DNA of 64,000 bases from an uncultured virus (IMG/VR IMGVR_UViG_3300021185_004515) (Duplodnaviria; Heunggongvirae; Uroviricota; Caudoviricetes). Under the pieces are notes generated by a model. The model saw nothing but the letters and a program-made list of their open reading frames with translations. It was not told the DNA's origin and made no database searches. This document shows, piece after piece, positions 19,106 through 29,644 of this stretch; position 1 is the stretch's first letter, and each line of letters starts with the position of its first letter. A program made the position numbers and the translations under genes. The stretch lies in the IMG/VR virus record IMGVR_UViG_3300021185_004515; one strand, given 5' to 3'.

Positions 19106-20047
19106 ATGGAAGATAACAGCGAATACGAAGTGGACATCTATACTTGCCGAGAGTGCAACAGTAAAAACCTGACTCCTGATGTTACGGGAGTGGTATTTTG
19201 CGACGACTGTGGATTAGAAGGTGAAGCAGGACAAATTGACCCAGGCAAGGACAACCGTGTGTTCGCAGACGGTTCGGGTGCAGAAGGTGAACGATGGGGT
19301 ATGCCAAAAAGTGAGATGTTTCACGATGGTGGACTCACGACGGATATGCCTATTGCTTACACAGATGGTGCAGGAGGTCGTCTTTCTACGGCTCAACGCC
19401 GACGATACAACCGACTACGCCGTCAGCACCAGCGCACACGCATTCGTGATGCTAAGGAACGAAACTTGGTGACAGCACTTAATGAAATGGAGCGTTTGGG
19501 TTCTCAAATGCAACTTCCAAAGTATGTCAAAGAGAATGCAGCCAGAATTTACAAGCGAGCCGTAGAAAAGCAACTGGTTCGTGGACGCTCTATTGAAGGT
19601 GTGGTTGCGGCTTGTATTCACGCTTCTTGCCGACTCAACAACATGAGTCGCACTCTGGATGAAATTGGACAACACTCACGCACAGGTCGTAAAGAAATTG
19701 GGCGCACATACAAAAAGGTCATGAGCGAACTCAACATTCGTATTCTTCCGACTGCTCCGTCTGAATATGTGCCAAGGTTTTGCAGTGAATTGAACCTTGA
19801 CCCTCGCACCGAGGCTTTGGCTCGCAGAATTTTAGCCTTTGAACAAATCCGTCCTCTCACTGTGGGTCGTGGACCAACAGGTATTGCCGCCGCCGCAGTT
19901 TATCTGGCAACTCGTATTAACACTATCACTCGCACACAGCGAGATGTGGCTATGGCCGCAGGTGTAACCGAAGTGACTATCAGAAACCGCTATAAGGAAA
20001 TCTGTCAGCAACTCAACATTGATGCAGAAAATCCGCAAGCACCTTGA
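19106..20047 (+). CDS. tfb: Transcription initiation factor IIB (TFB)
   Basis: N-terminal CREC/CDDC Zn ribbon; ERNL..AL.E..RL, LVRGRSIEGVVAAC, GRGPTGIAAAAVY, TQRDVA..AGVTEVTIRNRYKE. Confidence 0.97.
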   Translation: MEDNSEYEVDIYTCRECNSKNLTPDVTGVVFCDDCGLEGEAGQIDPGKDNRVFADGSGAEGERWGMPKSEMFHDGGLTTDMPIAYTDGAGGRLSTAQRRRYNRLRRQHQRTRIRDAKERNLVTALNEMERLGSQMQLPKYVKENAARIYKRAVEKQLVRGRSIEGVVAACIHASCRLNNMSRTLDEIGQHSRTGRKEIGRTYKKVMSELNIRILPTAPSEYVPRFCSELNLDPRTEALARRILAFEQIRPLTVGRGPTGIAAAAVYLATRINTITRTQRDVAMAAGVTEVTIRNRYKEICQQLNIDAENPQAP

Positions 20048-20089
20048 AGCGACTGGAAACTTAAATAGGACATAACACAAACTACTCCT

Positions 20090-20701
20090 ATGGAGATTGT
20101 AGGAACGCTGGTAGTAGCCGATATACTGATTACATTAGCATTGTTGTGGTGGGGTTGGAACCAAAAAAGACTCGCCAAAATGGTTGTTTCTGAAAAGTCC
20201 GAATTGCAACAAGAGGTTCACGAAGCCGAACTTAAAATTGTGGAACTGGAAATGAGTGCTACTTCTGACACCGTAGAAGCCGTGATGGAAGAGTTAATGC
20301 AAGAATCTGCGATTCATAAAAACATGATTACAGAACTCCGAGGCAACAATGTTACTTTGTGTGAGGAATTAAATTCTATGACTCAGGAAATGAGGAAGCA
20401 AAAAGGCAGGGCAGCCTCAGCCCACACGCAGAGAGGGCAACTATTAGAAAAGTGGACTCCGTTTTTGAATCATCCAGAAATTGATGAGGCGTGGGACCAC
20501 AAGGATTGGAGTTTCTTAGGACAACCAATTGACTATGTGGTGTTTAACTGGTATCAAGACAAGGAACAAAACCTGGAGCAAGGTCTGGTGGTTTTGCTGG
20601 ATGTAAAATCTGGGAAGTCATCACTAACTACTAAACAACGCCGTATCCGAGATTTAGTTAAGGCGGGTAAGGTTGAATGGCGAGAAATAAGGTTGGATTA
20701 A
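20090..20701 (+). CDS. Holliday junction resolvase-like endonuclease with N-terminal TM and coiled coil
   Basis: RGQLLEKWTPFL...FLGQPIDYVVF...DVKSGKSSLTTKQRRIRDLV..GKVEW (Endonuc_Holl-type). Confidence 0.85.
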   Translation: MEIVGTLVVADILITLALLWWGWNQKRLAKMVVSEKSELQQEVHEAELKIVELEMSATSDTVEAVMEELMQESAIHKNMITELRGNNVTLCEELNSMTQEMRKQKGRAASAHTQRGQLLEKWTPFLNHPEIDEAWDHKDWSFLGQPIDYVVFNWYQDKEQNLEQGLVVLLDVKSGKSSLTTKQRRIRDLVKAGKVEWREIRLD

Positions 20702-20777
20702 AATGGGATTTTGGGAAATGGTAGTCTTAATTATAATTCTGGGATTGTTATTGGGGCCTGTGGAAGAATACGAATGA

Positions 20778-21344
20778 TTATCTCCAGGTCCAATCACCTT
20801 CTTCAGTCTTAACCCATCGGTAAAGCATAATCCAAACACGATACAAAGGCATGGAGTTATCCTCCCAATAATCTTCACCTTCTACATTTCCTCCATCGGT
20901 GCATAAAACGCCCATAATGGCATCTGGATGGTTCTTAACCCTGTCCTCTTCTAATGTTTCTACTGTAAATTCAAAACCTTTTTTATAGTCGGGGTTCGCT
21001 TCACGGCGTTCATCAATGTAATTTTGTATCACTCCTGCAAGTGAACTAAGGACCGTATTCATACCCTGTTGGGCTAATTCGCTAATTTCTGAATCATCAT
21101 TAACGGGTAAAGCATAAGTTAGCGGGCCTGGAAAATAGTCCTCACCACTTATTGGGTTGAAGTGACTTAGAGTTTGTGTGCAATCATAATTACCCATCTC
21201 CCCCTCTCCATCACCTAAAGGCTCTACTGTAAATAATAGTAATCCTGTGGGCGTTGGTGGCGATTCATTAGCACCATCATTCACAATAATTTTCCTGCGG
21301 TCGGATGAGAGATGTATCCAATTTATGGGAACTGTCTCGTCCAT
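20778..21344 (-). CDS. Hypothetical protein with N-terminal PINW
   Basis: MDETVPINWIHLS; TTAAGTAGCAGC 29 nt upstream. Confidence 0.8.
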   Translation of the reverse strand: MDETVPINWIHLSSDRRKIIVNDGANESPPTPTGLLLFTVEPLGDGEGEMGNYDCTQTLSHFNPISGEDYFPGPLTYALPVNDDSEISELAQQGMNTVLSSLAGVIQNYIDERREANPDYKKGFEFTVETLEEDRVKNHPDAIMGVLCTDGGNVEGEDYWEDNSMPLYRVWIMLYRWVKTEEGDWTWR

Positions 21345-21369
21345 AACTAAAATAGGGGAGTGCTGCTAC

Positions 21370-22050
21370 TTAAGTTTGTTTCTGATAGACTTGAAAGGAG
21401 TGAGAGGTTTCGGGAAGTATTGTTTCGCCATTCCAACCAATTTCTTGCAAAGTGGACACCAACCAATCAATATCTAAATTTTCGGGGAGGATACCCAGAT
21501 AGTGATAATCTTGTAATTCCTGATAGATAGATTCCTTAAATTTTTTCTTAGCAATATACTGTGGTAACCTTTCGGTGACCCAGGCTGCTCTGTCATTTTC
21601 TCGGAGCAAACCCCAATATTCTATGATGACTGGTTTGGTAATGCCTTGCTGCGGTAATAGTAACCAATCAGGGAGTAAATATCCTGTGGATGATGTGATA
21701 GGAATTTCTGGCTCATATATGGCTCTCAAACCTAATTCATACAGCCAATCGTCAAGAGTTTGTTCAGAGTAACTAACAACTACATTTCCCGATTTACACT
21801 GGCAGTGACCGTTGCCCAAAAATTATGCCCCCAGATAACAAGCGGCACCCATTTCCAGGTCGGTGTTATCATCAAAGCAAGAGGCTACCTTATTGGTATA
21901 GTGTGTCAGCCAATGGTAAAACATTTGTCGGTCAGGGTCCAAAATGGTATCTACAATAGATGATGCTCCATCTACTTCTACCCAAATTTCTCCGACCCAC
22001 ATTTCTTTGCTCGTTACTGGTTCATACACTTTATTCCATATTTTTGTCAT
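21370..22050 (-). pseudogene. PD-(D/E)XK-like nuclease apparently interrupted by one in-frame TAA (21823-21825)
   Basis: ORFs 21823-22050 and 21370-21819 are in the same frame; the distal part has SE..DDWL...YEP...PDW...IEYWG. Confidence 0.5.
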
Positions 22051-22256
22051 TCGCTCACCTCCAGGGTGAGTAATATTATATTGTATTTCTGACTATATGA
22101 GGTTTCACCTGATTTGCTCAAAGTGTGCAGTAAAGCCTAAATAGTCTAAGAAACAAGGTAATATGATGGATGGATTACTTCTCCCATCCGAGTGTGAATA
22201 GTTAAATAGGTAGCACAACTCAGTCATTATTACAACCCCGACAAGGGAGATAAGGA

Positions 22257-22712
22257 ATGATACAAATGGTAAAAATTGAAGTTAAATGTGAAAAAGGATA
22301 CGATGCAAAGGTTTTTGAAAAGGGCGATACACTACGCTATTACCTCAAAGGCCCAAGCAACATGAGCAACCCTCGTGGTGAAATCGGAATGATTGACCTT
22401 CGTGGACGCTTTGCTGGTAAGTTTAAGGCAGCAGACAACCTTCCAAGTGGAGTAGGCTATGGTTTCGTGGCTGAAGATAAGGCTAAAATCACACTCACTA
22501 CACCTGATGGTAAGGCACTGTTTATTGGACAGAAGGCTGGACCTATGACCACTCAAGACCGTATTACTCTCGGTATGTGCATCAACAACGCTACATCCAT
22601 GATTACGGCTCGCCCAGAAAATGAATCGGCTAACAATGAATCTCTGGTTCAAGAGGTTTATGACATGGCTGATGCTCTTTTGGCTGAATACAACAAGCGA
22701 TACAACGAGTGA
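22257..22712 (+). CDS. Hypothetical protein
   Basis: TTAAATAGGTA at 22202 followed by a short leader. Confidence 0.75.
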   Translation: MIQMVKIEVKCEKGYDAKVFEKGDTLRYYLKGPSNMSNPRGEIGMIDLRGRFAGKFKAADNLPSGVGYGFVAEDKAKITLTTPDGKALFIGQKAGPMTTQDRITLGMCINNATSMITARPENESANNESLVQEVYDMADALLAEYNKRYNE

Positions 22713-22718
22713 GTCTAA

Positions 22719-22958
22719 ATGATTCCCAATCCACGGGACAAAACGACAGGATATATCCCTCGCCAAGCGTGGGCTATTCTGATTCTGGATGCTATGGGCG
22801 ATGCTCGTATTCATCCAGAAGCCTTTGGAGAACAAGCCGAGGCCAACCAAGAAGCCCTGCGATTGAATCGTTCGGGACTCAAGGTAAAGGTCTATCCGAT
22901 AAACATAAATTCGTGGGGACAGTTTGATTCTCAGCAAATGTGGTTCGGCAAAGATTGA
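22719..22958 (+). CDS. Hypothetical protein
   Basis: Follows 22257-22712 in a putative operon. Confidence 0.55.
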   Translation: MIPNPRDKTTGYIPRQAWAILILDAMGDARIHPEAFGEQAEANQEALRLNRSGLKVKVYPININSWGQFDSQQMWFGKD

Positions 22959-22984
22959 AATAGGTAACGAGATATACTTGTGTT

Positions 22985-23164
22985 ATGGGCTTAACGCACT
23001 TGGTCACAATGAGTGATGGAAAAATCCTGACCTTAGAGGATTTGGAACTCAACGGCAAGGTTAGTAAATACATTAAAATCAGCATTTCCGATGCAACGGG
23101 AGCCAATGTGTATTTGGGTAATATCTTGAAAGACGACCTAAAGCGTATTTCCAAGAGTCTATGA
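22985..23164 (+). CDS. Small hypothetical protein (59 aa)
   Basis: Hand-translated MGLTHLVTMSDG...; TTGAAATAGGTA 30 nt upstream. Confidence 0.65.
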   Translation: MGLTHLVTMSDGKILTLEDLELNGKVSKYIKISISDATGANVYLGNILKDDLKRISKSL

Positions 23165-23206
23165 GGTGTTATTCTGAGTTGGGAACAGTTTGCAGCGAGC
23201 AAGGGA

Positions 23207-23410
23207 TTGGTGGTGAATCACCAACTGATTCAAAATACTGAGCCTGTGAGTTTAGAGCAAGCCAAGTCCCAATCTCCTGCTTACGCTCTGCGATGGAGAT
23301 ACCGAGTCTGTCAAAAAACAGGAGTCACATTTGATATTACTCAAGAAGGACTATTTTATACCTGTGGTGACGCATTAGACCCCGAAGCATTACGAATCAC
23401 AATGGAGTGA
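23207..23410 (+). CDS. Hypothetical protein (start uncertain)
   Basis: Fills the operon; overlaps the next start by 4 nt. Confidence 0.5.
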   Translation: MVVNHQLIQNTEPVSLEQAKSQSPAYALRWRYRVCQKTGVTFDITQEGLFYTCGDALDPEALRITME

Positions 23411-24000
23411 ACAACATGAAAACAATTAAGCAAGTCAAATTAAGTCTGAATAAATCTGCACAAGTTGTGGTAACGGCTGATATTCATATGAAATCTGCCG
23501 AAGACCCAGATGATGTGTATTTCGTGATGTTTAATATCCTGCACGACCCTTTGCGATTAGTAGTGGCTACGGTCGGAGATTTCGTAGGTATGTTGTCAGA
23601 AGGTCAGAACATTACTATCCCACAAAGTCAATCCGTATTGGTTAATGACCCAGAAAAATTCATGCAAATGGTATTGGGCGACCAAGCCCGTGTGTTTGCT
23701 TCAGCAGAAGAAAAGGTCAAAGTGGTCTTGAACTCTCAGAAAAATGCAGATATGGCTCGGGCGGTTATTGCCAGCATGATAAATAATGGGTTATATCATC
23801 AAGTAAGTAATTATCATGTCAATGGTGAAGTCATAGTCAAGACTCAAGAAGTTCCCACAAAAGAATTGATGGCTGATTTGCATCAAATGTTAGACATTGT
23901 CAAACAGTGGGAGGATTTTGACCTCCGAGAATTTTTGATTAAGCAAGGTGCTGACCCATCGCAGTTGGATGAAATTTTGAGTGCGGAGGGTTCACAATGA
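23407..24000 (+). CDS. Hypothetical protein
   Basis: 197 aa ORF with coupled stop/start. Confidence 0.75.
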   Translation: MNNMKTIKQVKLSLNKSAQVVVTADIHMKSAEDPDDVYFVMFNILHDPLRLVVATVGDFVGMLSEGQNITIPQSQSVLVNDPEKFMQMVLGDQARVFASAEEKVKVVLNSQKNADMARAVIASMINNGLYHQVSNYHVNGEVIVKTQEVPTKELMADLHQMLDIVKQWEDFDLREFLIKQGADPSQLDEILSAEGSQ

Positions 24001-24356
24001 GTGGCGTAACTTTGGAAGAATACATGGAATCCATGGAAGTAAAACCAGATGGATTCAAACTGACCTTGGTTTATTGGGGTCGTGAACCTGTGGATACTGC
24101 ACATCCCTTGCATATGTTGTTAGAGATGTTGAAGCATCAATTTGATATGGAAGTTAAAAAAGCAGATGTAGTGGTAATGAAGCATCGTTTCTGGCAAGCC
24201 GATTTAATCTGGAGCGGTGGTGAAAAATCCTTGGTGAAAACAGCGCAGGAATTAGACGACATTTTGCAAAAGCAACTACCCGCAATGCCTGGTAAGCCAG
24301 AATTTAACTTTGATACTTGGAATTATCCACCTGCTGAGAGCAGCAGTGAATTTTAA
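23997..24356 (+). CDS. Hypothetical protein
   Basis: ATGA overlap; GGAGG SD. Confidence 0.7.
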   Translation: MSGVTLEEYMESMEVKPDGFKLTLVYWGREPVDTAHPLHMLLEMLKHQFDMEVKKADVVVMKHRFWQADLIWSGGEKSLVKTAQELDDILQKQLPAMPGKPEFNFDTWNYPPAESSSEF

Positions 24357-24775
24357 TCTTTCATTTGGAATAGCCACCACATAGCATTGTCGGTGCGTTT
24401 TCTTGTTTCTCCAGTAGGCTCGTAATTTTCAGTCACATCATATTCAATTTTTGAACCATACCAAGCAATTAGTGGGCCATAATCAAACCATTCTTGCACT
24501 TGTGCAACACGAGGAGCCCAAGTTTTATTTCGGGCGATGCTATATCTTGTTAATTTACCCTCTGCCTTTCGTTCTTTTTTTCTACCGAATCCTTTTTCAT
24601 GGTGGTTATCCTTAAGCCAATCGTAGGCTTCAAAGTGGCTATCAAAAAATATCTGGGTGTGGTCTGGAGTTCGGTGACTCCACCAATTATTCAACGCATT
24701 GGGCCGATTAAAACCAAATAACACATATTTAGGGCCTGATTCTTTCAGCCAATTTATGGGTTTTGGTAAAGACAC
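24353..24775 (-). CDS. Hypothetical protein with N-terminal PINW
   Basis: MSLPKPINWLKES; GAGGTG SD; TTGATATAGCAAG promoter. Confidence 0.75.
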   Translation of the reverse strand: MSLPKPINWLKESGPKYVLFGFNRPNALNNWWSHRTPDHTQIFFDSHFEAYDWLKDNHHEKGFGRKKERKAEGKLTRYSIARNKTWAPRVAQVQEWFDYGPLIAWYGSKIEYDVTENYEPTGETRKRTDNAMWWLFQMKD

Positions 24776-24893
24776 TAATCCACCTCATTATAAATCTTGT
24801 CTGGCTTGCTATATCAACTTAAGGAAAAGAGATGTGTTAAATAGGTAGACACACAAGGCTCTACTACGAACCCATAGTGGTAGGAGATAAATT

Positions 24894-26018
24894 ATGACCG
24901 CAGTAGAAAACCCAAATTATATGTTAGCAGCAATCAGAAGCATGGCAAAAAGACCGTTCCGAGTTTCCCTCGGTGGTCTGAACCCCACAGGTGCAGGAAC
25001 ACTACGCACCAATCATTGGGGCGAAGAAGAATACATCGGTAAGTGCCACCGCCAAAATTACTATTCCAAGCGAGGATATGCTCGCACTAATCCGCCTGAT
25101 GACCGAAGCATGGTTATTTTTGAAACAGGACATTCTTGGGAAGCCTCAATGACTGAACACTTCAAGCGACAAGGATTGCTGATTGATAACAACATCAAAA
25201 TCAAGCAAGACATTGCTGAACTTGCAGGTGTGGAATCGGATGTCCCTGTGTGGATTTCTGGTGAAGTAGACCAGTTGCTCAGAAAAGCGGAATTGGATGC
25301 AGACGGTAATGTATTGAGCATCTCTCAAACCGAAGCAGTTATTGTGGATGCAAAGACAATTCGTGGCTATGGGGCTCGTGAGGCTATGGGCAACAAAGAG
25401 TTCCGCAATGGCAAAGCCAAAGACAATTATGTTATGCAGATGGCCGTTTATCTGGCTATGAGGAAACCATTTGAAGACTATTATGGTGTGACTATTTCTC
25501 ACGCAGAACTTCACTACGCCGCAGTGGACTCAGGACTTCACAAAGTTTTCAAGGTGAGTTTGGAAGATGGATATTCGGGACGAGTGATTGTCACTGATTT
25601 AGAAAACAACGCTTGCAAGAGCGATTTGGTATTCTGTATGGAAAAGGAAGCCAAGACAGGAGTTCCGTATGCTCCTCTTGGTGATTTTACTGTGGAACAG
25701 ATTATCCAGAATTATATTGAAATGCAAGTGGAATTGGAACAGGATGAACCTCCTGCCCGAACCTATCCGCTACGCTACTCTGAAGAGCAATTGGAAACAA
25801 TGTGGGCTCGTGGACAAATTGCCAAGACTAATTGGCCTAAAATCCAGAAAGACCCATTAGCAGGTTCAGATAAAGTGAACGGTGCGGGCTCATGGGCTTG
25901 CAATTACTGTGATTTCAAAGACGAGTGCTACCCATTCAACACCCTTACAGGTGCGGTTGAAGCAGGAGAAATTACTCCTGCGGAAGCGATGGAGAAACTT
26001 GGATTTGAGTCGCTCTGA
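24894..26018 (+). CDS. Cas4-like PD-(D/E)XK exonuclease with four-Cys cluster
   Basis: GKCHRQ, G...E, ISGEVD, IVDAKT, QMAVY, CNYCDFKDEC. Confidence 0.85.
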   Translation: MTAVENPNYMLAAIRSMAKRPFRVSLGGLNPTGAGTLRTNHWGEEEYIGKCHRQNYYSKRGYARTNPPDDRSMVIFETGHSWEASMTEHFKRQGLLIDNNIKIKQDIAELAGVESDVPVWISGEVDQLLRKAELDADGNVLSISQTEAVIVDAKTIRGYGAREAMGNKEFRNGKAKDNYVMQMAVYLAMRKPFEDYYGVTISHAELHYAAVDSGLHKVFKVSLEDGYSGRVIVTDLENNACKSDLVFCMEKEAKTGVPYAPLGDFTVEQIIQNYIEMQVELEQDEPPARTYPLRYSEEQLETMWARGQIAKTNWPKIQKDPLAGSDKVNGAGSWACNYCDFKDECYPFNTLTGAVEAGEITPAEAMEKLGFESL

Positions 26019-26762
26019 TTACTGGATACGACCCACTACGACAGCCACATCATCTGGCTTTCCGCCACGAGATTCTGGAGATTCTCGGTCAATAAGTCCG
26101 AATTCATATTTTCTTTGGGCATACGGCGACCAATATTCAGCATTTTGTGAGAGGTTCCAAGCGTAATCTTGTAGAAAATCTGCTATCTCTTGTAAGACGG
26201 ATGAGTCATCAGAAAGAGGAAATTGATTGACAATGTCAGTAATGTGTCTCTCATAAACATTGTTGAATAATCCGTCACTTCCCATGATAATTGTGTCCCC
26301 AGGTTCTACCTCCACAGAATATCTGAGTGCGTCGTTTATGCTATCGGAATCAGAACCAACCTGATAAGGAACATTGAACATATGTTCTTGAGGGTTGGAA
26401 GAGAAAATTATGCGACCCTGTCTGATTACTATCATTTGGCTATCTCCTAATTGAACCACATACAGTCTGTTTTCTACTTGTTGGACTAACAGCAAAGTGG
26501 TGGAACCATATTCTACTCCTGACCAATCGTTCAATGCCACACTGACAGCATCAAAAGCATTAAACCCAGATTCTATTAAATTTCTGGTGTTAGTCATAAG
26601 TGACCTGGAGAAAACTCCGCTTTGTATCCCTTTTTTGCGCCACGAGCCAACTCCATCAGCCACTCCCGCAGCATTCTCAGAATCGCAGACAAAAAATGCG
26701 TCATCACCTAAGTCATTTTCGGAACGCTTGGGTCCAGCCCGACTGCATCCTGCCCACACCAT
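26019..26762 (-). CDS. PP2C/PPM-family phosphatase (PTC7-like)
   Basis: GDDAFF, GVADGVGSW, GSTT, LGDS, QEH.FNVPYQ, SDGLFNN, GGKPDDVAVV. Confidence 0.92.
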   Translation of the reverse strand: MVWAGCSRAGPKRSENDLGDDAFFVCDSENAAGVADGVGSWRKKGIQSGVFSRSLMTNTRNLIESGFNAFDAVSVALNDWSGVEYGSTTLLLVQQVENRLYVVQLGDSQMIVIRQGRIIFSSNPQEHMFNVPYQVGSDSDSINDALRYSVEVEPGDTIIMGSDGLFNNVYERHITDIVNQFPLSDDSSVLQEIADFLQDYAWNLSQNAEYWSPYAQRKYEFGLIDRESPESRGGKPDDVAVVVGRIQ

Positions 26763-26833
26763 GTATTAACTATTGGTTGTCTGCTATTTAAGATTGGTTG
26801 TTGTTAAATAGGTAGCAGCAAGGATAAAAAACC

Positions 26834-29056
26834 ATGTTCATTAGCATAGAAGTGAGAGGCAACACCATGCCCTATCGGGAAATCTTAGGAGGAACTTATG
26901 ATTTGCGGTGGAGCAAAGGGGCTCGTTGTTATCAAGGCTCTATGAAGTTGGGCGGTCATAAAGTCCAAAATCTGACGCAATTTTGTGAGGTAATGGGTCT
27001 GGCTTTGGCGGTAGATGGAGCCTCAGTTATTTCCGAAGCCTTAGCAGAAGAGGAAGAAGAAGTTAGCGTGGAGATTGAATATGACGATTCCCAATTAGGA
27101 GTTATCACTAAACAAACTATTCCTTCAACCATGGAAACCAAATTTCAACAAGTGACGGTCAAAAGAACGCATCAAGAATTGAGCGACATCCAAAAATATT
27201 TTACAGGAACCAGATTTCCTGAGCCGAGAATGGAACAACGACAAGTTCTTCCTGAAGTGGAACGATTGGTAAAAGAAGGATACAAGAATATTGTGATTGA
27301 GTGTCCGACAGGTAGTGGAAAATCTGCGATGGCGATGATGATACCCAAGATGTTTGGAGGTTTGAATGGCTTACCAAACGCTTATGTGGCGACTCACCTG
27401 AAAGGCTTGCAAGAACAATACATGAAAGAAATGCCGTTTATGAGAAGCGTAATGGGTAAAGGAAACTATGATTGCCGTCTGGATGTAGAATCTGGGAACA
27501 CCAATGAAACAGTGGCTCAAGAAGCATTAGACCGTTCTTTGATTGGAGGATTTCAGTGGCAGACCAAAGGATGTTCCGCAAGCATGGCTCCTTGCTCTAT
27601 GATAAAAGGTTTCAAGTGTGATTACAAAACTCCTCGCACTGAATCAGGAGCCTATAATTGGGGCTTAGATACTAATCTGTTGTGCGATTATTTTGAAGCA
27701 TTGGCTAATGCCCAGAATGCAGGATATTTTATCAGCAACATGAGTTATCTTATGGCTATGAATCAAGTAGGTGCAATGTTGCCGCAACGAGATTTCTTGA
27801 TTGTGGACGAAGCCCATCAACTAACTTCGGCAATGACAGGATTTTTTAGTTTAGATTTCTCGGTTAAAGTGATTGAAAGACTATTGCAACTTCCTACGCA
27901 TCAAGAAGTTCTCAAAGCGAGCGAGGCAGACCAAATAGCATTCCAGAACCTTCGCAAGCGAACCTTAGAGTCATGGCATCCCAATAATTCATTTGCTTGG
28001 GGATTTCCACAAGTTCCTTCAGTGAAAAAAGAATCTACTGATGAGTTCCGTCAAAAAGCCAGTGCGGTATGGGCGGCTTATTTCTCAGCCTTGATTCGGA
28101 AAGTTAATCGCAAGGTGAAAGCCAAAGATTACAGTGCAGAAGAGTTAAAGTATATTTACAATACCTTGAGTCGTTTGGAATCGGTTACACAGATGCTGAA
28201 AACAGATTGGAAAAACTGCCTGTGGCAAGCCAATGATGACAACAATCCTGAGTGGGTTAGTTTCAAACCGCTGGACATCGGTAACTATTCTGATGAATTG
28301 ATGCTAAATCTGGGCAAGGTGAGAATTTTCTTGAGTGGAACCATTGGTGATATTGACATCTATCAACAAGAATTGGGTCTGGAAAAAGAAAACACTGCTT
28401 TCGTGCAAGTTGCATATAGTAGTTTCCCATTAGCCAACCGTCCTGTGTTCACTCACACTGTTGGAGGAAAAATGGGATACAGTAGCAAGAGCGAAGATGA
28501 AATTCGCAAGACTGCTCAGGCAGTGATTGATATTATGAATCGCTATCCTAATGGCAAAGGGCTTATTTTACCATTTACGGACAAGTTAGAAAAATCCGTG
28601 GTGGCTGCCATAGAAATTATCAGTCCTGAGAACCACAACCGTCTGGTGCAGCACGACAAGAAATCCAGGGCTCGTAATCAAGTGTTCACAGATTTTGATA
28701 GTTCAGTGAGTAATGATGTGTTAATCAGCACTTATGCTAATCAAGGATACGACGGCAAAACAGTAGACTTCTGTATTATCGTGAAAATACCATTCCCTGC
28801 CATCGGAGATGTTAGAACAGCCATCAAGATGAAGAAAAATCCTGGTTGGTATCGCATGATGACGGCTAATGAATTGACTCAAATGCTGGGGCGTGTGGTT
28901 CGTTCTCCTGATGACATAGGACACAACTACATTATTGACCCTCAGTTTGGATTCCATTATGATAAAGGGTTCCAAGGCAACCCGTTGCGAGAATATGTGC
29001 CTCAATATCTTCGTGAAAGCATCACTGTGAACCGAAAGAATCAAAATGTTAAATAG
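26834..29056 (+). CDS. XPD/Rad3/DinG-family SF2 helicase
   Basis: PTGSGKS, Cys cluster, DEAH, LSGT, KIPFP, QMLGRVVR. Confidence 0.9.
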   Translation: MFISIEVRGNTMPYREILGGTYDLRWSKGARCYQGSMKLGGHKVQNLTQFCEVMGLALAVDGASVISEALAEEEEEVSVEIEYDDSQLGVITKQTIPSTMETKFQQVTVKRTHQELSDIQKYFTGTRFPEPRMEQRQVLPEVERLVKEGYKNIVIECPTGSGKSAMAMMIPKMFGGLNGLPNAYVATHLKGLQEQYMKEMPFMRSVMGKGNYDCRLDVESGNTNETVAQEALDRSLIGGFQWQTKGCSASMAPCSMIKGFKCDYKTPRTESGAYNWGLDTNLLCDYFEALANAQNAGYFISNMSYLMAMNQVGAMLPQRDFLIVDEAHQLTSAMTGFFSLDFSVKVIERLLQLPTHQEVLKASEADQIAFQNLRKRTLESWHPNNSFAWGFPQVPSVKKESTDEFRQKASAVWAAYFSALIRKVNRKVKAKDYSAEELKYIYNTLSRLESVTQMLKTDWKNCLWQANDDNNPEWVSFKPLDIGNYSDELMLNLGKVRIFLSGTIGDIDIYQQELGLEKENTAFVQVAYSSFPLANRPVFTHTVGGKMGYSSKSEDEIRKTAQAVIDIMNRYPNGKGLILPFTDKLEKSVVAAIEIISPENHNRLVQHDKKSRARNQVFTDFDSSVSNDVLISTYANQGYDGKTVDFCIIVKIPFPAIGDVRTAIKMKKNPGWYRMMTANELTQMLGRVVRSPDDIGHNYIIDPQFGFHYDKGFQGNPLREYVPQYLRESITVNRKNQNVK

Positions 29057-29077
29057 GTAACACCGTTATTTCAAGAC

Positions 29078-29644
29078 ATGGTAGCCATTGCTATTTCGGG
29101 GAAAATGGGGTCGGGAAAAACCACCCTGACCCAAGAAGTGATTCGCCAATTAGAGAGTCAAGGTTTTCAAGCCCAGCAAGTATCATTGGGTGGAGCAGTT
29201 AAGGAAGTAGCACACCGTTATTTCAACATGAGTCCTGATTTCAAAGACCGTGAGTTGCTACAAAAAATCGGACAACAATTCCGAGCGATTCGCTCTTCAG
29301 TCTGGATTGATTTGATAGTGGCTCAAACACAAGACCCTGACACCGTATATATCTGTGACGATGTGCGATTCCGCAACGAAGCACAGTCTTTAATGAATGA
29401 AGGGTGGAAATCAGTTAGGTTGCAAGTGTCAGAAGCAGAACAACAAAGAAGGTTGCAAGTGACTTACAAAAATTCTTGGGAATCACACTGGCGAGCCAGA
29501 CATGAAATCTCAGAAGTAGATTTAGATGGTCACGACGATATGTTTGACATGATAATTCCAGAAATCTCTGTGGACGATGTTCAGAAGTATGCGACCGAAA
29601 TTGTGGATACCTTAATTTTAAATAGCAGGGAGGAGTTAGTATGA
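29078..29644 (+). CDS. dNMP kinase-like P-loop kinase
   Basis: ISGKMGSGKTT, RELLQKIG, DDVRFRNE, HEISE. Confidence 0.88.
   Translation: MVAIAISGKMGSGKTTLTQEVIRQLESQGFQAQQVSLGGAVKEVAHRYFNMSPDFKDRELLQKIGQQFRAIRSSVWIDLIVAQTQDPDTVYICDDVRFRNEAQSLMNEGWKSVRLQVSEAEQQRRLQVTYKNSWESHWRARHEISEVDLDGHDDMFDMIIPEISVDDVQKYATEIVDTLILNSREELV

Noticed and set aside
22332..22937. 201-aa minus-strand ORF
   Set aside because: Antisense to a promoter-driven plus-strand operon and has no recognisable motif.
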